The position numbers were made by a program, and so were the translations under genes. This document shows positions 19,910 to 30,020 of a DNA stretch of 64,000 nucleotides, piece by piece. The stretch's first letter is position 1. Every line of letters starts with the position of its first letter. The stretch lies in the sequence record SRR20825019_46, one strand, 5' to 3'. Below the pieces are notes generated by a model. That model searched no databases and was not told the origin of the DNA. It saw only the letters and a program-made list of their open reading frames with translations.

Positions 19910-21186
19910 ATGTAGCTCCGAAAGACAAAAATGCTTGGCTGTGGATTCCATTTCTATATTTCACACAAGGAATACCATACATTCTAGTGGTCACAGTTTC
20001 CGTGATTATGTACAAACGGTTGGGAATTGGCAATGCCGAAATAGGATTGTACACCAGTTGGTTATACCTCCCATGGGTGATAAAACCTCTTTGGAGCCCG
20101 ATTGTTGATTTGAACGGCACCAAGCGCAAATGGTTTTTGGCCATGCAATTGGTAATTTCAATGGCATTTTTAGGAATTGGACTGTTTCTTCCCTCCAATT
20201 CATTTTTTATAATAACGTTAGCGTTCTTTTGGATGGCTGCTTTCGCCTCCGCCACCAATGATATTGCTTCCGATGGGTATTACATGATTGGACTTACTCA
20301 GAAAAAGCAATCCTTTTTTATTGGACTCAGAAGTACATTTTATCGGTTGGCCATGGTTACCGGACAAGGGCTTTTAGTGATTTTCGCAGGTTTTTTGGAG
20401 AATAAGTATGGTGATAATACCAAAGCATGGTCCGTTACTATGATAAGTGCTGCCGTTTTAATGATCATATTGACCGTTTCCAACTTTTTTACGGCACCAA
20501 AATTTGAAGAAACCACAACCGAACCCACTGAAAAACCAGCGGGTTTTTTTGAAGTATTCGCTACATTTTTTAAAAAACATCAAATCGGAGCGGCCCTTTT
20601 ATTTGTTTTGACGTACAGATTGGGTGAGTCACAATTAGTAAAAATGGCATCACCTTTTTTACTGGATGATTTAGAAGTGGGCGGATTGGCCTACTCCACC
20701 GAAGCCGTCGGAACTATTTATGGAACAGTCGGTATCATCATGCTATCACTAGGAGGAATCCTAGGAGGAATTTTAATTTCCCGTGACGGTCTTAAAAAAT
20801 GGATGCTTCCTATGTTATTGTCACTTAATTTACCCAATGCCCTTTATGCACTTCTTGCCATAACACAGACCACAAGTCTGTATGCAGTGGTAGGCACTGT
20901 TGTTCTAGAACAATTTGGATATGGATTCGGCTTTGCCGCATTTATGATGTATTTGATTTATGTGGCAGAAGGTGCTTCCAAAACTTCACATTATGCCATT
21001 GCCACCGGTTTTATGGCTCTGGGCATGATGTTGCCCGGTATGCTGAGCGGTTATATTCAAGAATGGCTAGGGTACGATGGCTTTTTTATCTGGGTGGTCA
21101 TTGCCGCCCTGCCCGCATTTTTTGTGTTACGCTATTTAAAATATCCTGCCGATTATGGTAAAAAAACGGCTGAATCCAATGACTAA
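19906..21186 (+). CDS. ampG: AmpG-like muropeptide MFS permease
   Basis: About 12 hydrophobic segments; LYFTQGIP, LPWVIKPLWSPIVD, RKW, ASATNDIASDGY AmpG-type motifs; ATGA overlap with the GNAT gene. Confidence 0.85.
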   Translation: MNVAPKDKNAWLWIPFLYFTQGIPYILVVTVSVIMYKRLGIGNAEIGLYTSWLYLPWVIKPLWSPIVDLNGTKRKWFLAMQLVISMAFLGIGLFLPSNSFFIITLAFFWMAAFASATNDIASDGYYMIGLTQKKQSFFIGLRSTFYRLAMVTGQGLLVIFAGFLENKYGDNTKAWSVTMISAAVLMIILTVSNFFTAPKFEETTTEPTEKPAGFFEVFATFFKKHQIGAALLFVLTYRLGESQLVKMASPFLLDDLEVGGLAYSTEAVGTIYGTVGIIMLSLGGILGGILISRDGLKKWMLPMLLSLNLPNALYALLAITQTTSLYAVVGTVVLEQFGYGFGFAAFMMYLIYVAEGASKTSHYAIATGFMALGMMLPGMLSGYIQEWLGYDGFFIWVVIAALPAFFVLRYLKYPADYGKKTAESND

Positions 21187-22771
21187 CATATCGAAAACTT
21201 ATACACTTCCCGCTGAACCATTGACCTTAAAACAAAAAGTTGGTCAATTGTTTATGCCCGCTGTTTTCATAAACGATACCGAAGAAGAGCTACAACAAAT
21301 GGAAAAACTTATCAAGGAACAGTATGTAGGTTCCATTTGCTTTTTCCACAGTAGGGCCAGTGCGGCCACCAATTTTGAAGGGAAGAAAAAGATTGTTCAC
21401 AACGAAAAAAGCTACGACCGGTTATTGGAACTTATCGATCGTTATCAAAATGCGGCAAGCGTTCCCTTATTGATTGCCATTGATGCCGAATGGGGCCTTG
21501 CCATGCGTATTGAAAACACACAACAATATCCGTATGCCATTACGTTAGGAGCCTTACAAGATAACCATGAGCTTGTTTTTAAGGTCGGTGAAGCTATCGG
21601 CCAGGATTGTAGAGCAGCAGGCGTACAATGGAATCTCGCCCCGGTTGTGGACATCAACAATAATCCAGAAAATCCTGTAATCGGCTACCGTTCTTTTGGG
21701 GACGACAAAGAAAAAGTTCTTGGAAAAGCTGATGCATTCATCAAAGGAATGACCCATAGCGGAACCTTGAACTCCATAAAACACTTTCCCGGACATGGCG
21801 ACACGGCCACAGATTCCCATTTGGGACTGCCCGCTATAGACAAATCCATGGATGAGCTTATGGAGAATGAGCTGTATCCTTTTAAAAAATTGATAGCATC
21901 CGGTGTAGACTCCGTGATGGTTGGCCATTTGCTCCTGCCGCAACTGGATTCCGATAATCCATCTACCACATCGTCCAAAATTATTTCAGGTTTGCTGAGA
22001 AAACAATTGAGGTTCGACGGGGTCATTATTTCCGATGCTTTGAATATGCATGCCGTTTCCAAAAGATACCCTGAAAAAGGAAAACTGGAATACGCCGCTT
22101 TTGCAGCGGGCATGGATGTGCTCTGTTTTAGCGAAAATGTGAAAGAGGGTATCGATGAAATCCTCACGCAGGCTAGCGAGCATCGAATCCAAGAAAGTTT
22201 TGATAGGGTCTGGGAGTTGAAGAATACGGTTTTCAATAAAGAAAATCATTCGGAAATCCATCCTACTGAACAGGAAAAAAGCTCCAATTTGAACCAAGAA
22301 ATCGCCATCAACAGTATCACGGAATTGTTTGGCAATTCAGCTCTGTTCAATGAGTTGAAAAACAACGATTTTTTGAATGTTTCGGTCAGTTTTGATAAAA
22401 AAAATCGATTTTCCGAGCAAATTTCATCCATTTTTGGTTCAAAAACCATGAATTTGGATGAAGCACTTCTATCAAAAAAAGAATGGGTCCTTCTCAGTAT
22501 ATTTCCTCCAGCCGTAAAGCCTAAAGACCAGTTTGGCTTTAATGAAAAAACATTAGCTGAAATTCATAGATTATTGGCAGAAAAAAACACCATGATCTAT
22601 TTGTTCGGCAATCCTTACGTGCTGGATATTTTACAATTGAAACCATCATCCAATGTGGTAGTGATCTATCAAGACTTTCCAGAATTTCAAGAAGTCGCAT
22701 TTGAACACTTTTCTGGGAATATTGAAGCTCGGGGCCAACTTCCCATTCAATTAAAAACCTTCCGACCATGA
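21179..22771 (+). CDS. nagZ: GH3 beta-N-acetylglucosaminidase (NagZ-type) with C-terminal domain
   Basis: KHFPGHGDTATDSH (NagZ Asp-His dyad motif), IAIDAEWG, NLAPVVD, GYRSFG, ISDALNM nucleophile region; no signal peptide. ATG at 21179 preferred over 21155. Confidence 0.88.
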   Translation: MTNISKTYTLPAEPLTLKQKVGQLFMPAVFINDTEEELQQMEKLIKEQYVGSICFFHSRASAATNFEGKKKIVHNEKSYDRLLELIDRYQNAASVPLLIAIDAEWGLAMRIENTQQYPYAITLGALQDNHELVFKVGEAIGQDCRAAGVQWNLAPVVDINNNPENPVIGYRSFGDDKEKVLGKADAFIKGMTHSGTLNSIKHFPGHGDTATDSHLGLPAIDKSMDELMENELYPFKKLIASGVDSVMVGHLLLPQLDSDNPSTTSSKIISGLLRKQLRFDGVIISDALNMHAVSKRYPEKGKLEYAAFAAGMDVLCFSENVKEGIDEILTQASEHRIQESFDRVWELKNTVFNKENHSEIHPTEQEKSSNLNQEIAINSITELFGNSALFNELKNNDFLNVSVSFDKKNRFSEQISSIFGSKTMNLDEALLSKKEWVLLSIFPPAVKPKDQFGFNEKTLAEIHRLLAEKNTMIYLFGNPYVLDILQLKPSSNVVVIYQDFPEFQEVAFEHFSGNIEARGQLPIQLKTFRP

Positions 22772-23433
22772 GCAATGAGATAAAGGCGTCGTGGAACAAG
22801 AATGCACAAGAATGGATAAAAACCATTCAAAACAATGCCATTCCATCCAGAAAGTTTACGAATCCGGCCATTCTGGAGGCTATTAAAGAGGTACGGGGGA
22901 ATACCATTGTGGACATAGGTTGTGGCGAAGGTTGGCTAACTCGTGAAATGAAAAGTTTGGGATGGACGGCAACTGGATTGGATGCTACTGAAGATTTAAT
23001 TATAGCCGCTCGAGAACAAAGCAACCAGACCTTTGAGGTGTTCACTTTTGAAGATATCATCAAAGGGGAAAAGATGCCCAATCCACCTTTTGATGCTGCC
23101 ATCTTCAATTTCTGTCTTTATGGAAAAGAGGATGTTATCCCATTGATCACAAAAACCCTAAATCAACTGACCACAGAGGGAACTGTTTTAATCCAGACAC
23201 TACATCCCTTTTTTCTTATTCAAAATGGCTTGGCCTACAAGGGGCAATGGGTGTCAGATTCTTGGAATGGGCTGCCGGGCAATTTTACGGACGGACACTC
23301 GTGGTACGCCCGGACCATGGAAGATTGGGTCCAAGAACTCAATCAAATTGAACATATTGAATTCAATATCAAGGAAATCTTGAACGATGATGATAAACCG
23401 ATTTCCCTGATTATAAAAATCAATAAGATATGA
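22768..23433 (+). CDS. Class I SAM-dependent methyltransferase, substrate unknown
   Basis: IVDIGCGEGWL motif I, TGLDA, FDAAIFNF; ATGA overlaps on both sides. Confidence 0.85.
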   Translation: MSNEIKASWNKNAQEWIKTIQNNAIPSRKFTNPAILEAIKEVRGNTIVDIGCGEGWLTREMKSLGWTATGLDATEDLIIAAREQSNQTFEVFTFEDIIKGEKMPNPPFDAAIFNFCLYGKEDVIPLITKTLNQLTTEGTVLIQTLHPFFLIQNGLAYKGQWVSDSWNGLPGNFTDGHSWYARTMEDWVQELNQIEHIEFNIKEILNDDDKPISLIIKINKI

Positions 23434-24515
23434 GGATATATAAAGTTATGGGACTGATGTCGGGAACCTCTTTGGACGGATTGGACATTGCCTATTGCCA
23501 TATTTGGGAGGAAGATGGAAAATGGAGCTTTTCCATTAAAAAAACTGCGGAAATCGATTATTCCGATGAGATGCGGGAATACCTCAAAAATGCGATTCAT
23601 CTTTCTAAAAAAGACCATAATCAATTACATAAAGATTACGGTATTTGGTTAGGGCAACAAACCAAAGCATTTATAACCGAATTGGATGAAGAGGTAGATT
23701 TTATTGCCAGTCACGGGCATACCTCCCACCACCGGCCAGACGACGGCGTTACCTTTCAATTGGGTGATGGGCAACTTTTGGCAAACACTTCTGGAAAACA
23801 AGTAGTCTGTGATTTTAGATCTAAGGATGTGTCCCTAAAAGGCCAAGGGGCCCCACTGGTTCCCATTGGTGATAAATTACTCTTTCATGAATATGATTTT
23901 TGCCTAAACCTAGGAGGTATAAGCAATATTTCTTTCGATAAAAATGGTGAACGGATTGCCTACGATATCGGTTTAGCGAACATGCCCCTTAATTACATCA
24001 CCCATAAAATGGGATTGGCCTATGATGAAAATGGAAAGATTGCAAGATCTGGGAAATTGAACCATGCTCTGCTTCAAAAATTGAACAATCTAACTTATTA
24101 TGCTCTCCCCTATCCAAAATCCACTGGATACGAATGGTTTTCTTCTGAAATAACGCCCTTAATTGAGGGGTCCAAGCTTTCAAATGAAGACTTACTGCAC
24201 ACGTTCATTCATCATAATTGTGAACAGATTGCTTTTGCAGCACTGAAGCACAAGAACAATGGAAAATCCAAAAGTAAACTTCTAGCGACCGGTGGTGGGG
24301 CGCTAAACCAATTCTTTATGGATACGCTTCAAAATAAACTCGGGAGCAGTATTGAGGTCGTGGTACCCACCAAAACGCTTATTGCATACAAAGAAGCGTT
24401 GGTTTTTGCCTTAATGGGCGTACTTCGGTTGGAAGGGGAAACCAATGTACTCAAATCAGTTACCGGCGCGACTTCAGATTCCTGTAGCGGGGAAGTATTT
24501 TTTCCGAGCAACTAA
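23430..24515 (+). CDS. anmK: Anhydro-N-acetylmuramic acid kinase
   Basis: GLMSGTSLDGLD, SHGHT, DFRSKD..GQGAPLVP, LNLGGISN, PKSTG.E, GGGA.N, KEALVFA. Confidence 0.94.
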   Translation: MRIYKVMGLMSGTSLDGLDIAYCHIWEEDGKWSFSIKKTAEIDYSDEMREYLKNAIHLSKKDHNQLHKDYGIWLGQQTKAFITELDEEVDFIASHGHTSHHRPDDGVTFQLGDGQLLANTSGKQVVCDFRSKDVSLKGQGAPLVPIGDKLLFHEYDFCLNLGGISNISFDKNGERIAYDIGLANMPLNYITHKMGLAYDENGKIARSGKLNHALLQKLNNLTYYALPYPKSTGYEWFSSEITPLIEGSKLSNEDLLHTFIHHNCEQIAFAALKHKNNGKSKSKLLATGGGALNQFFMDTLQNKLGSSIEVVVPTKTLIAYKEALVFALMGVLRLEGETNVLKSVTGATSDSCSGEVFFPSN

Positions 24516-24516
24516 T

Positions 24517-25731
24517 TTAGGATGCGGCTATACGTTTGCGTTTGGGCAAATGGGTCAAAAGAAACAGTGCCAGAGCAACCATACCGCAGATGGCCAAACC
24601 TGCAAAAAGGGGCCATACACTATCCTTTACAAAATCACCGATAAACGTAGCGATAGGAATAGAAAGTACGGTTGATACAAACCCATTTATGGCAGCTCCA
24701 ATTCCAGCAATATGGCCAATGGGCTCCATGGCAATGGAACGGAAATTACCCCACATAAATCCAAGGCAGAAAAATTGTACTGACAAAAATCCGACCAACA
24801 CATATATACTTGGATTTGGTGAATTCAAAAACAAAAAAGAATAGGTCAAGGCCACCATACAGAATACGATTGTGGCCATCAACGACAACCTTCTCATTCC
24901 AAAGCGCATCACCAAAGTACCATTCATAAAGGTTGATAATCCAATAGATACGGCCAAACCTGCAAAGATGTATGGAAACACTTCCTTAAGCGCATATTGA
25001 TCTTCAAAAATGTGCTGTGCTGAGCTTAAATACACCAAAAATGCACCAGTGACCAATCCAGAAATCAAGGTAAAGGCTACGGTCTCCCTATATTTTACAA
25101 ATTCTTTTACACCATCAATAAATACATGCCGGGTAAATGGAATCTTATATTCAGGATGCAGCGTTTCCTGCTGGCGTTTCCAGAACCAGAAAGCAACAAC
25201 TAATACAAAGAACATCTGCACATAAAAAATGCCCTGCCATCCAGTTGCGTCCAAAATCAATTTTCCGATTGCAGGAGCCACCACGGGCACCAAAATAAAA
25301 AACGCAGTTACAAAAGACATGATCTTGGCCATGTAATCACCTTCATAAGTATCTCGGATAATGGAAATTGAAATGGTTCTTGGCGCGGACAGTCCAATTC
25401 CCTGTAAAATCCTTCCCACCACCATAACCTCCAATGAGGGCGCCATCAAACATATAACACTGGCCACCAAAAAGATGGAAAAACCCATGTAAACTACTGG
25501 TTTTCTCCCAAAACTATCGGAAATGGGTCCAAAGAAAAGCTGCCCAACGCCCAATCCCAAGAAAATCATGGTCACCAATAACTGATGGTCTGTAGAATCT
25601 GTACTGTTGATTGCATCGCCTATGTTGGAAATTGCGGGCAGTATCGCATCAATTGCCAAGGCTACAATCGACATCAATGCGGCCATCATGGCCACAAATT
25701 CAAAGTTGGGTTTTTGATTTAACTTTTCCAT
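24517..25731 (-). CDS. Bcr/CflA family MFS efflux transporter
   Basis: ALAIDAILPA, GQLFFGPISDSFGRKP, GRILQG, IIRDTY..MAKIMS, APAIG; about 12 TM segments. Confidence 0.9.
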   Translation of the reverse strand: MEKLNQKPNFEFVAMMAALMSIVALAIDAILPAISNIGDAINSTDSTDHQLLVTMIFLGLGVGQLFFGPISDSFGRKPVVYMGFSIFLVASVICLMAPSLEVMVVGRILQGIGLSAPRTISISIIRDTYEGDYMAKIMSFVTAFFILVPVVAPAIGKLILDATGWQGIFYVQMFFVLVVAFWFWKRQQETLHPEYKIPFTRHVFIDGVKEFVKYRETVAFTLISGLVTGAFLVYLSSAQHIFEDQYALKEVFPYIFAGLAVSIGLSTFMNGTLVMRFGMRRLSLMATIVFCMVALTYSFLFLNSPNPSIYVLVGFLSVQFFCLGFMWGNFRSIAMEPIGHIAGIGAAINGFVSTVLSIPIATFIGDFVKDSVWPLFAGLAICGMVALALFLLTHLPKRKRIAAS

Positions 25732-25735
25732 CAGG

Positions 25736-25743
25736 CAAAATTA
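25736..25743 (-). promoter_or_regulatory. -7 element immediately upstream of the Bcr/CflA start codon
   Basis: CAAAATTA on + reads TAATTTTG on -; 4 nt from the ATG. Confidence 0.5.
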
Positions 25744-25917
25744 GTCATACCCAATGGATCGGTAAAGCATTTAAGAAAGGTTTAATGATAAAGAAACATA
25801 TCCAACGTTGTAGTTGAAAATTGTTGCGGGACAAAGGAGCATTTGTCTTTATCTAAACTTGATCGGAGCAGGTAAATCGCTTGGAGTACCTTATATTTAA
25901 ATCAAATTTTTATCGTC

Positions 25918-26979
25918 ATGGCAAGTTTAAAAGTATTGGTGGTCGGATGCGGGAATATGGGTACGTCGCATGCTCGTGCATACCACAAATTAGATGGGTT
26001 TGAAATCGTTGGATTGGTCAGTAGAGGGTCAAAAAGCAGGGAACGGCTTTCCCACGAATTGGGTGGCACCCCTGTGTTTTCAGATTATGCTGAAGCACTT
26101 GCAACCTCGAAACCAGATGTAGTCTCCATCAACACTTACCCGGACACACACTACGATTATGTAAAAATGGCCTTGGAAGCAGGAGTCCATGTTTTTGTTG
26201 AAAAACCATTGGCCTTAACGGTAGAGGAAGCCCAAACATTGGTAGATCTAGCTCAAAAACTACAACTCAAAATGGTGGTGGGCTACATACTGAGAGTTCA
26301 CCCTACTTGGGCCAAATTCACGGAAATGGCCCAAGAACTGGGCAAACCTTTGGTGATGCGTATGAACCTTAACCAGCAAAGCTCCGGAGATCATTGGCAC
26401 ACCCATAAACAATTGATGAATTCCATGTCGCCTATTGTGGATTGTGGCGTCCATTATGTGGATGTGATGTGTTCGATGACTCGTTCCAAACCCATCAGTG
26501 TTTCGGCTATCGGGGCAAATTTATCTGACGAAATCGCTTCCGACATGTACAACTACGGTCAATTACAGGTTCGTTTTGAAGATGGCTCTGTAGGTTGGTA
26601 TGAGGCCGGTTGGGGGCCCATGATGAGCGAAACCGCTTTTTTTATCAAAGATGTAATCGGTCCAAAAGGATGTGTATCCATAAGCGATCAAGACAAAGGT
26701 GCCTCGGACGATGTCGATGGGCATTCCAAAACAGGAAGCTTAAAGTTGCACCTCAGCAAACTTGATGCAAAAGGACACTTCTCCAAAAAAGATGAGATCA
26801 TTGACACGGCCGATGAACCTGACCACGATGGACTTTGCTTGTTGGAACAAGAATATCTGTTGGATGCCATTCGTAACGACCGTGACCTGACCAATCACTT
26901 AAACGACGCAGTCAACAGCTTAAAGATTGTACTCGCAGCGGATGAATCGGTTAAAACGGGAAAAACTGTAATGTTGTAG
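25918..26979 (+). CDS. Gfo/Idh/MocA family NAD(P)-dependent oxidoreductase
   Basis: VVGCGNMG Rossmann motif, HVFVEKPLA, VGYILR, DCGVHYVD. Confidence 0.9.
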   Translation: MASLKVLVVGCGNMGTSHARAYHKLDGFEIVGLVSRGSKSRERLSHELGGTPVFSDYAEALATSKPDVVSINTYPDTHYDYVKMALEAGVHVFVEKPLALTVEEAQTLVDLAQKLQLKMVVGYILRVHPTWAKFTEMAQELGKPLVMRMNLNQQSSGDHWHTHKQLMNSMSPIVDCGVHYVDVMCSMTRSKPISVSAIGANLSDEIASDMYNYGQLQVRFEDGSVGWYEAGWGPMMSETAFFIKDVIGPKGCVSISDQDKGASDDVDGHSKTGSLKLHLSKLDAKGHFSKKDEIIDTADEPDHDGLCLLEQEYLLDAIRNDRDLTNHLNDAVNSLKIVLAADESVKTGKTVML

Positions 26980-27023
26980 GCAGAGTGACAATTCATTGAC
27001 CGTTTACCCTTTAACCATCAACC

Positions 27024-28565
27024 TTACAACGGAATATTCCCATGCTTCTTCCAAGGGGTCTGAACCTCTTTGTTCTCCAGCATGGCAAACGTCTTCAATA
27101 ATTTACGTCTTGTATCCTTTGGCATGATCACCTCATCTATAAAACCACGTTTGGCGGCACGGTATGGATTGGCAAATTTATCGGCATACTCAGTTTCCTT
27201 CTCCTTTAATTTGGCTTCAGGGTCATCGGCTGCGGCAATTTCACGTCTAAAAATGATTTCGCTGGCACCCTTGGCTCCCATTACTGCAATCTCGGCACTC
27301 GGCCATGCAAAATTGAAATCGGCACCAATGTGCTTGGAGTTCATTACATCGTAGGCGCCACCGTAGGCTTTACGGGTAATTACTGTAATCCTAGGCACAG
27401 TAGCTTCGCTCAAGGCATAGAGCAGTTTTGCCCCGTGCATAATAATTCCGCTCCATTCTTGGTCCGTTCCGGGCAGAAATCCGGGAACATCCACCAATAC
27501 CAGCAAGGGGATATTGAAGGAGTCACAAAAACGGGTGAATCGGGCCGCCTTTGTGGAACTGTTCACATCCAACACCCCGGCCAAAAACATAGGTTGATTG
27601 GCGATGATTCCAATGCTCCTCCCTCCCAAACGGGCAAATCCAGTGATGATGTTCTCCGCATAATCCTTATGAATCTCATAAAACGAATCGCTATCTATAA
27701 TGCCCGAAATCACATCATGCATATCGTATGGTTTGTTAGCGTTGTCCGGAACAATACCGGACAGTTCGTCCCTAATTTCATCGCCTAACTCGTATGGAAT
27801 CTTGGGTGTAACTTCTTTATTGTTCTGGGGCAGATAGTCCAACAACTTTCGGATATCGTTCAAACAAGTTGCATCGTTCGCGGATGTTTTGTGCGCGACC
27901 CCAGACTTAACAGCATGTGTACTTGCCCCTCCCAATTCCTCGGCGGTCACATTTTCGTTGGTCACTGTTTTTACAACATTGGGACCCGTTACGAACATAT
28001 AGCTGGTCTCTTCGACCATTACTATAAAATCGGTCATAGCGGGCGAATACACAGCACCCCCCGCACAAGGGCCCATTATGGCAGAAATCTGGGGAATTAC
28101 ACCAGATGCCTGTACATTGCGATAGAAAATATCGGCATAGCCTCCAAGCGATTTCACCCCTTCTTGTATACGTGCTCCACCGGAATCATTAAGTCCAATT
28201 ATTGGGGCACCCACCTTCATCGCCAAGTCCATCACTTTACATATCTTTTCCGCATGGGTTTCTGAAAGGGCGCCTCCGAACACTGTAAAATCCTGTGCAT
28301 ATACATACACCAATCTACCGTTTACGGTTCCATAACCGGTTACTACCCCATCACCATAGTACATTTCTTTGTCCATACCAAAATCGGTGGTACGATGGGT
28401 CACCAAAATGCCCATTTCCTCAAAAGAACCATCATCCAAAAAGTACAGTACCCTTTCACGGGCGGTCAGCTTTTTTTTCTGATGCTGCTTTTCGATTCGT
28501 TTTACACCTCCGCCCAAATGGGCTTCGGCAATTTTTTCCTGCAGTGCTTTTATCTTGGGGTCCAT
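27024..28565 (-). CDS. pccB: Acyl-CoA (propionyl-CoA) carboxylase carboxyltransferase subunit
   Basis: [47 protein letters not shown]-terminal KKHGNIPL. Confidence 0.92.
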   Translation of the reverse strand: MDPKIKALQEKIAEAHLGGGVKRIEKQHQKKKLTARERVLYFLDDGSFEEMGILVTHRTTDFGMDKEMYYGDGVVTGYGTVNGRLVYVYAQDFTVFGGALSETHAEKICKVMDLAMKVGAPIIGLNDSGGARIQEGVKSLGGYADIFYRNVQASGVIPQISAIMGPCAGGAVYSPAMTDFIVMVEETSYMFVTGPNVVKTVTNENVTAEELGGASTHAVKSGVAHKTSANDATCLNDIRKLLDYLPQNNKEVTPKIPYELGDEIRDELSGIVPDNANKPYDMHDVISGIIDSDSFYEIHKDYAENIITGFARLGGRSIGIIANQPMFLAGVLDVNSSTKAARFTRFCDSFNIPLLVLVDVPGFLPGTDQEWSGIIMHGAKLLYALSEATVPRITVITRKAYGGAYDVMNSKHIGADFNFAWPSAEIAVMGAKGASEIIFRREIAAADDPEAKLKEKETEYADKFANPYRAAKRGFIDEVIMPKDTRRKLLKTFAMLENKEVQTPWKKHGNIPL

Positions 28566-28570
28566 AGGAT

Positions 28571-30013
28571 TCAATTTGATGGTAATCTTACTATTTTTTT
28601 GTCCTCCAGATATTGGTAGAGAGCTATCATGGCCACAACTTCAGCTTCGGCCGCTGTTTGCTCCTTGATTTTTTCCGGGGAATAATATGTTTTTACAAAA
28701 TGTGTGTCAAAGTTTCCTGACCGGAATGCTTCGTGGGCAAATACAAAACTTCCGAATGGTAAAGTGGTCTGTACTCCCTTTATCTTGTAATTCTGAATGG
28801 CCTCTAGCATGAGTTCAATGGCCTCTTCACGCGTTTTTCCATAAGTAATCAACTTGGACAGCATGGGATCATAATAGATTGGAATATCCATTCCTTCCCG
28901 AAATCCATTGTCTACCCGAACTCCTTCACCCGTTGGCAATTGATAGCTCTCCAGATTGCCCACGCTCGGCAAAAAGTCGTTCAATGGATCTTCAGCATAT
29001 ACCCGAAGTTCCACAGCATGCCCATTAATAGTCAAGTCTTCCTGTTTCATGGGGAGTGCTTCTCCCCTTGCCACTTTTATCTGTAGCTCTACCAAGTCAA
29101 CCCCAGTAATCAATTCGGTCACAGGGTGCTCCACCTGTAAACGGGTATTCATCTCCAAAAAGTAGAAATTGTGGTCGGCATCCATCAAAAATTCAACCGT
29201 ACCAGCTCCAACATAATCACAGGATTTGGCCACTTTACAGGCGGCCTCGCCCATTTTTTTTCGCAATTCGGGGCTTAAAATGGACGATGGTGCTTCTTCC
29301 ACTACTTTTTGGTGGCGTCGCTGAACACTACACTCTCGTTCAAAAAAGTGCAGCACATTGCCGTGCGTATCGGCCATCACCTGCACTTCAATATGTCGTG
29401 GTGACTTTACGTATTTTTCCACAAAAACAGAACCATCGCCAAAGGCTGATGTAGCCTCACTTATGGCCCGTTTCATACCGGATTCCAAATCTTCTTCTTT
29501 CTCAACTATGCGCATTCCCTTTCCGCCTCCACCGGCAGAAGCCTTGATCAAAATAGGATACCCTACCTCGCTTGCAATCTCTTTGGCCTTGTCCACATCG
29601 GTTATGGCCTCATCAATACCGGGAACCATTGGAATGTCGTATTCCTTCACAGTTTCCTTGGCAGCTAACTTGCTGCCCATAATCTTGATGGCCTTGGATT
29701 TTGGGCCTATAAAGGTAATCCCACTATTTTCAACAGCTTCGGCAAAATCAGCATTCTCGCTCAAGAATCCATAGCCCGGATGAATGCCATCAACCTGCAA
29801 TGATTTAGCTACTTCAATGATTTTATCACCTCTCAGATATGATTTATTGGACTGCGCCTCTCCGATGCAAACGGCTTCATCCGCCAGCAAAACATGGGGA
29901 GCATTCCTGTCGGCCTCCGAGAATACGGCAACGGTTTGAATGCCCATTTTTTTGACGGTCTTCATCACCCTGACCGCAATTTCGCCCCTATTGGCGATCA
30001 ATATTTTTTTCAT
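28571..30013 (-). CDS. accC: Biotin carboxylase subunit
   Basis: [64 protein letters not shown]; start at ATG 30013. Confidence 0.93.
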   Translation of the reverse strand: MKKILIANRGEIAVRVMKTVKKMGIQTVAVFSEADRNAPHVLLADEAVCIGEAQSNKSYLRGDKIIEVAKSLQVDGIHPGYGFLSENADFAEAVENSGITFIGPKSKAIKIMGSKLAAKETVKEYDIPMVPGIDEAITDVDKAKEIASEVGYPILIKASAGGGGKGMRIVEKEEDLESGMKRAISEATSAFGDGSVFVEKYVKSPRHIEVQVMADTHGNVLHFFERECSVQRRHQKVVEEAPSSILSPELRKKMGEAACKVAKSCDYVGAGTVEFLMDADHNFYFLEMNTRLQVEHPVTELITGVDLVELQIKVARGEALPMKQEDLTINGHAVELRVYAEDPLNDFLPSVGNLESYQLPTGEGVRVDNGFREGMDIPIYYDPMLSKLITYGKTREEAIELMLEAIQNYKIKGVQTTLPFGSFVFAHEAFRSGNFDTHFVKTYYSPEKIKEQTAAEAEVVAMIALYQYLEDKKIVRLPSN

Positions 30014-30020
30014 GATGTTT

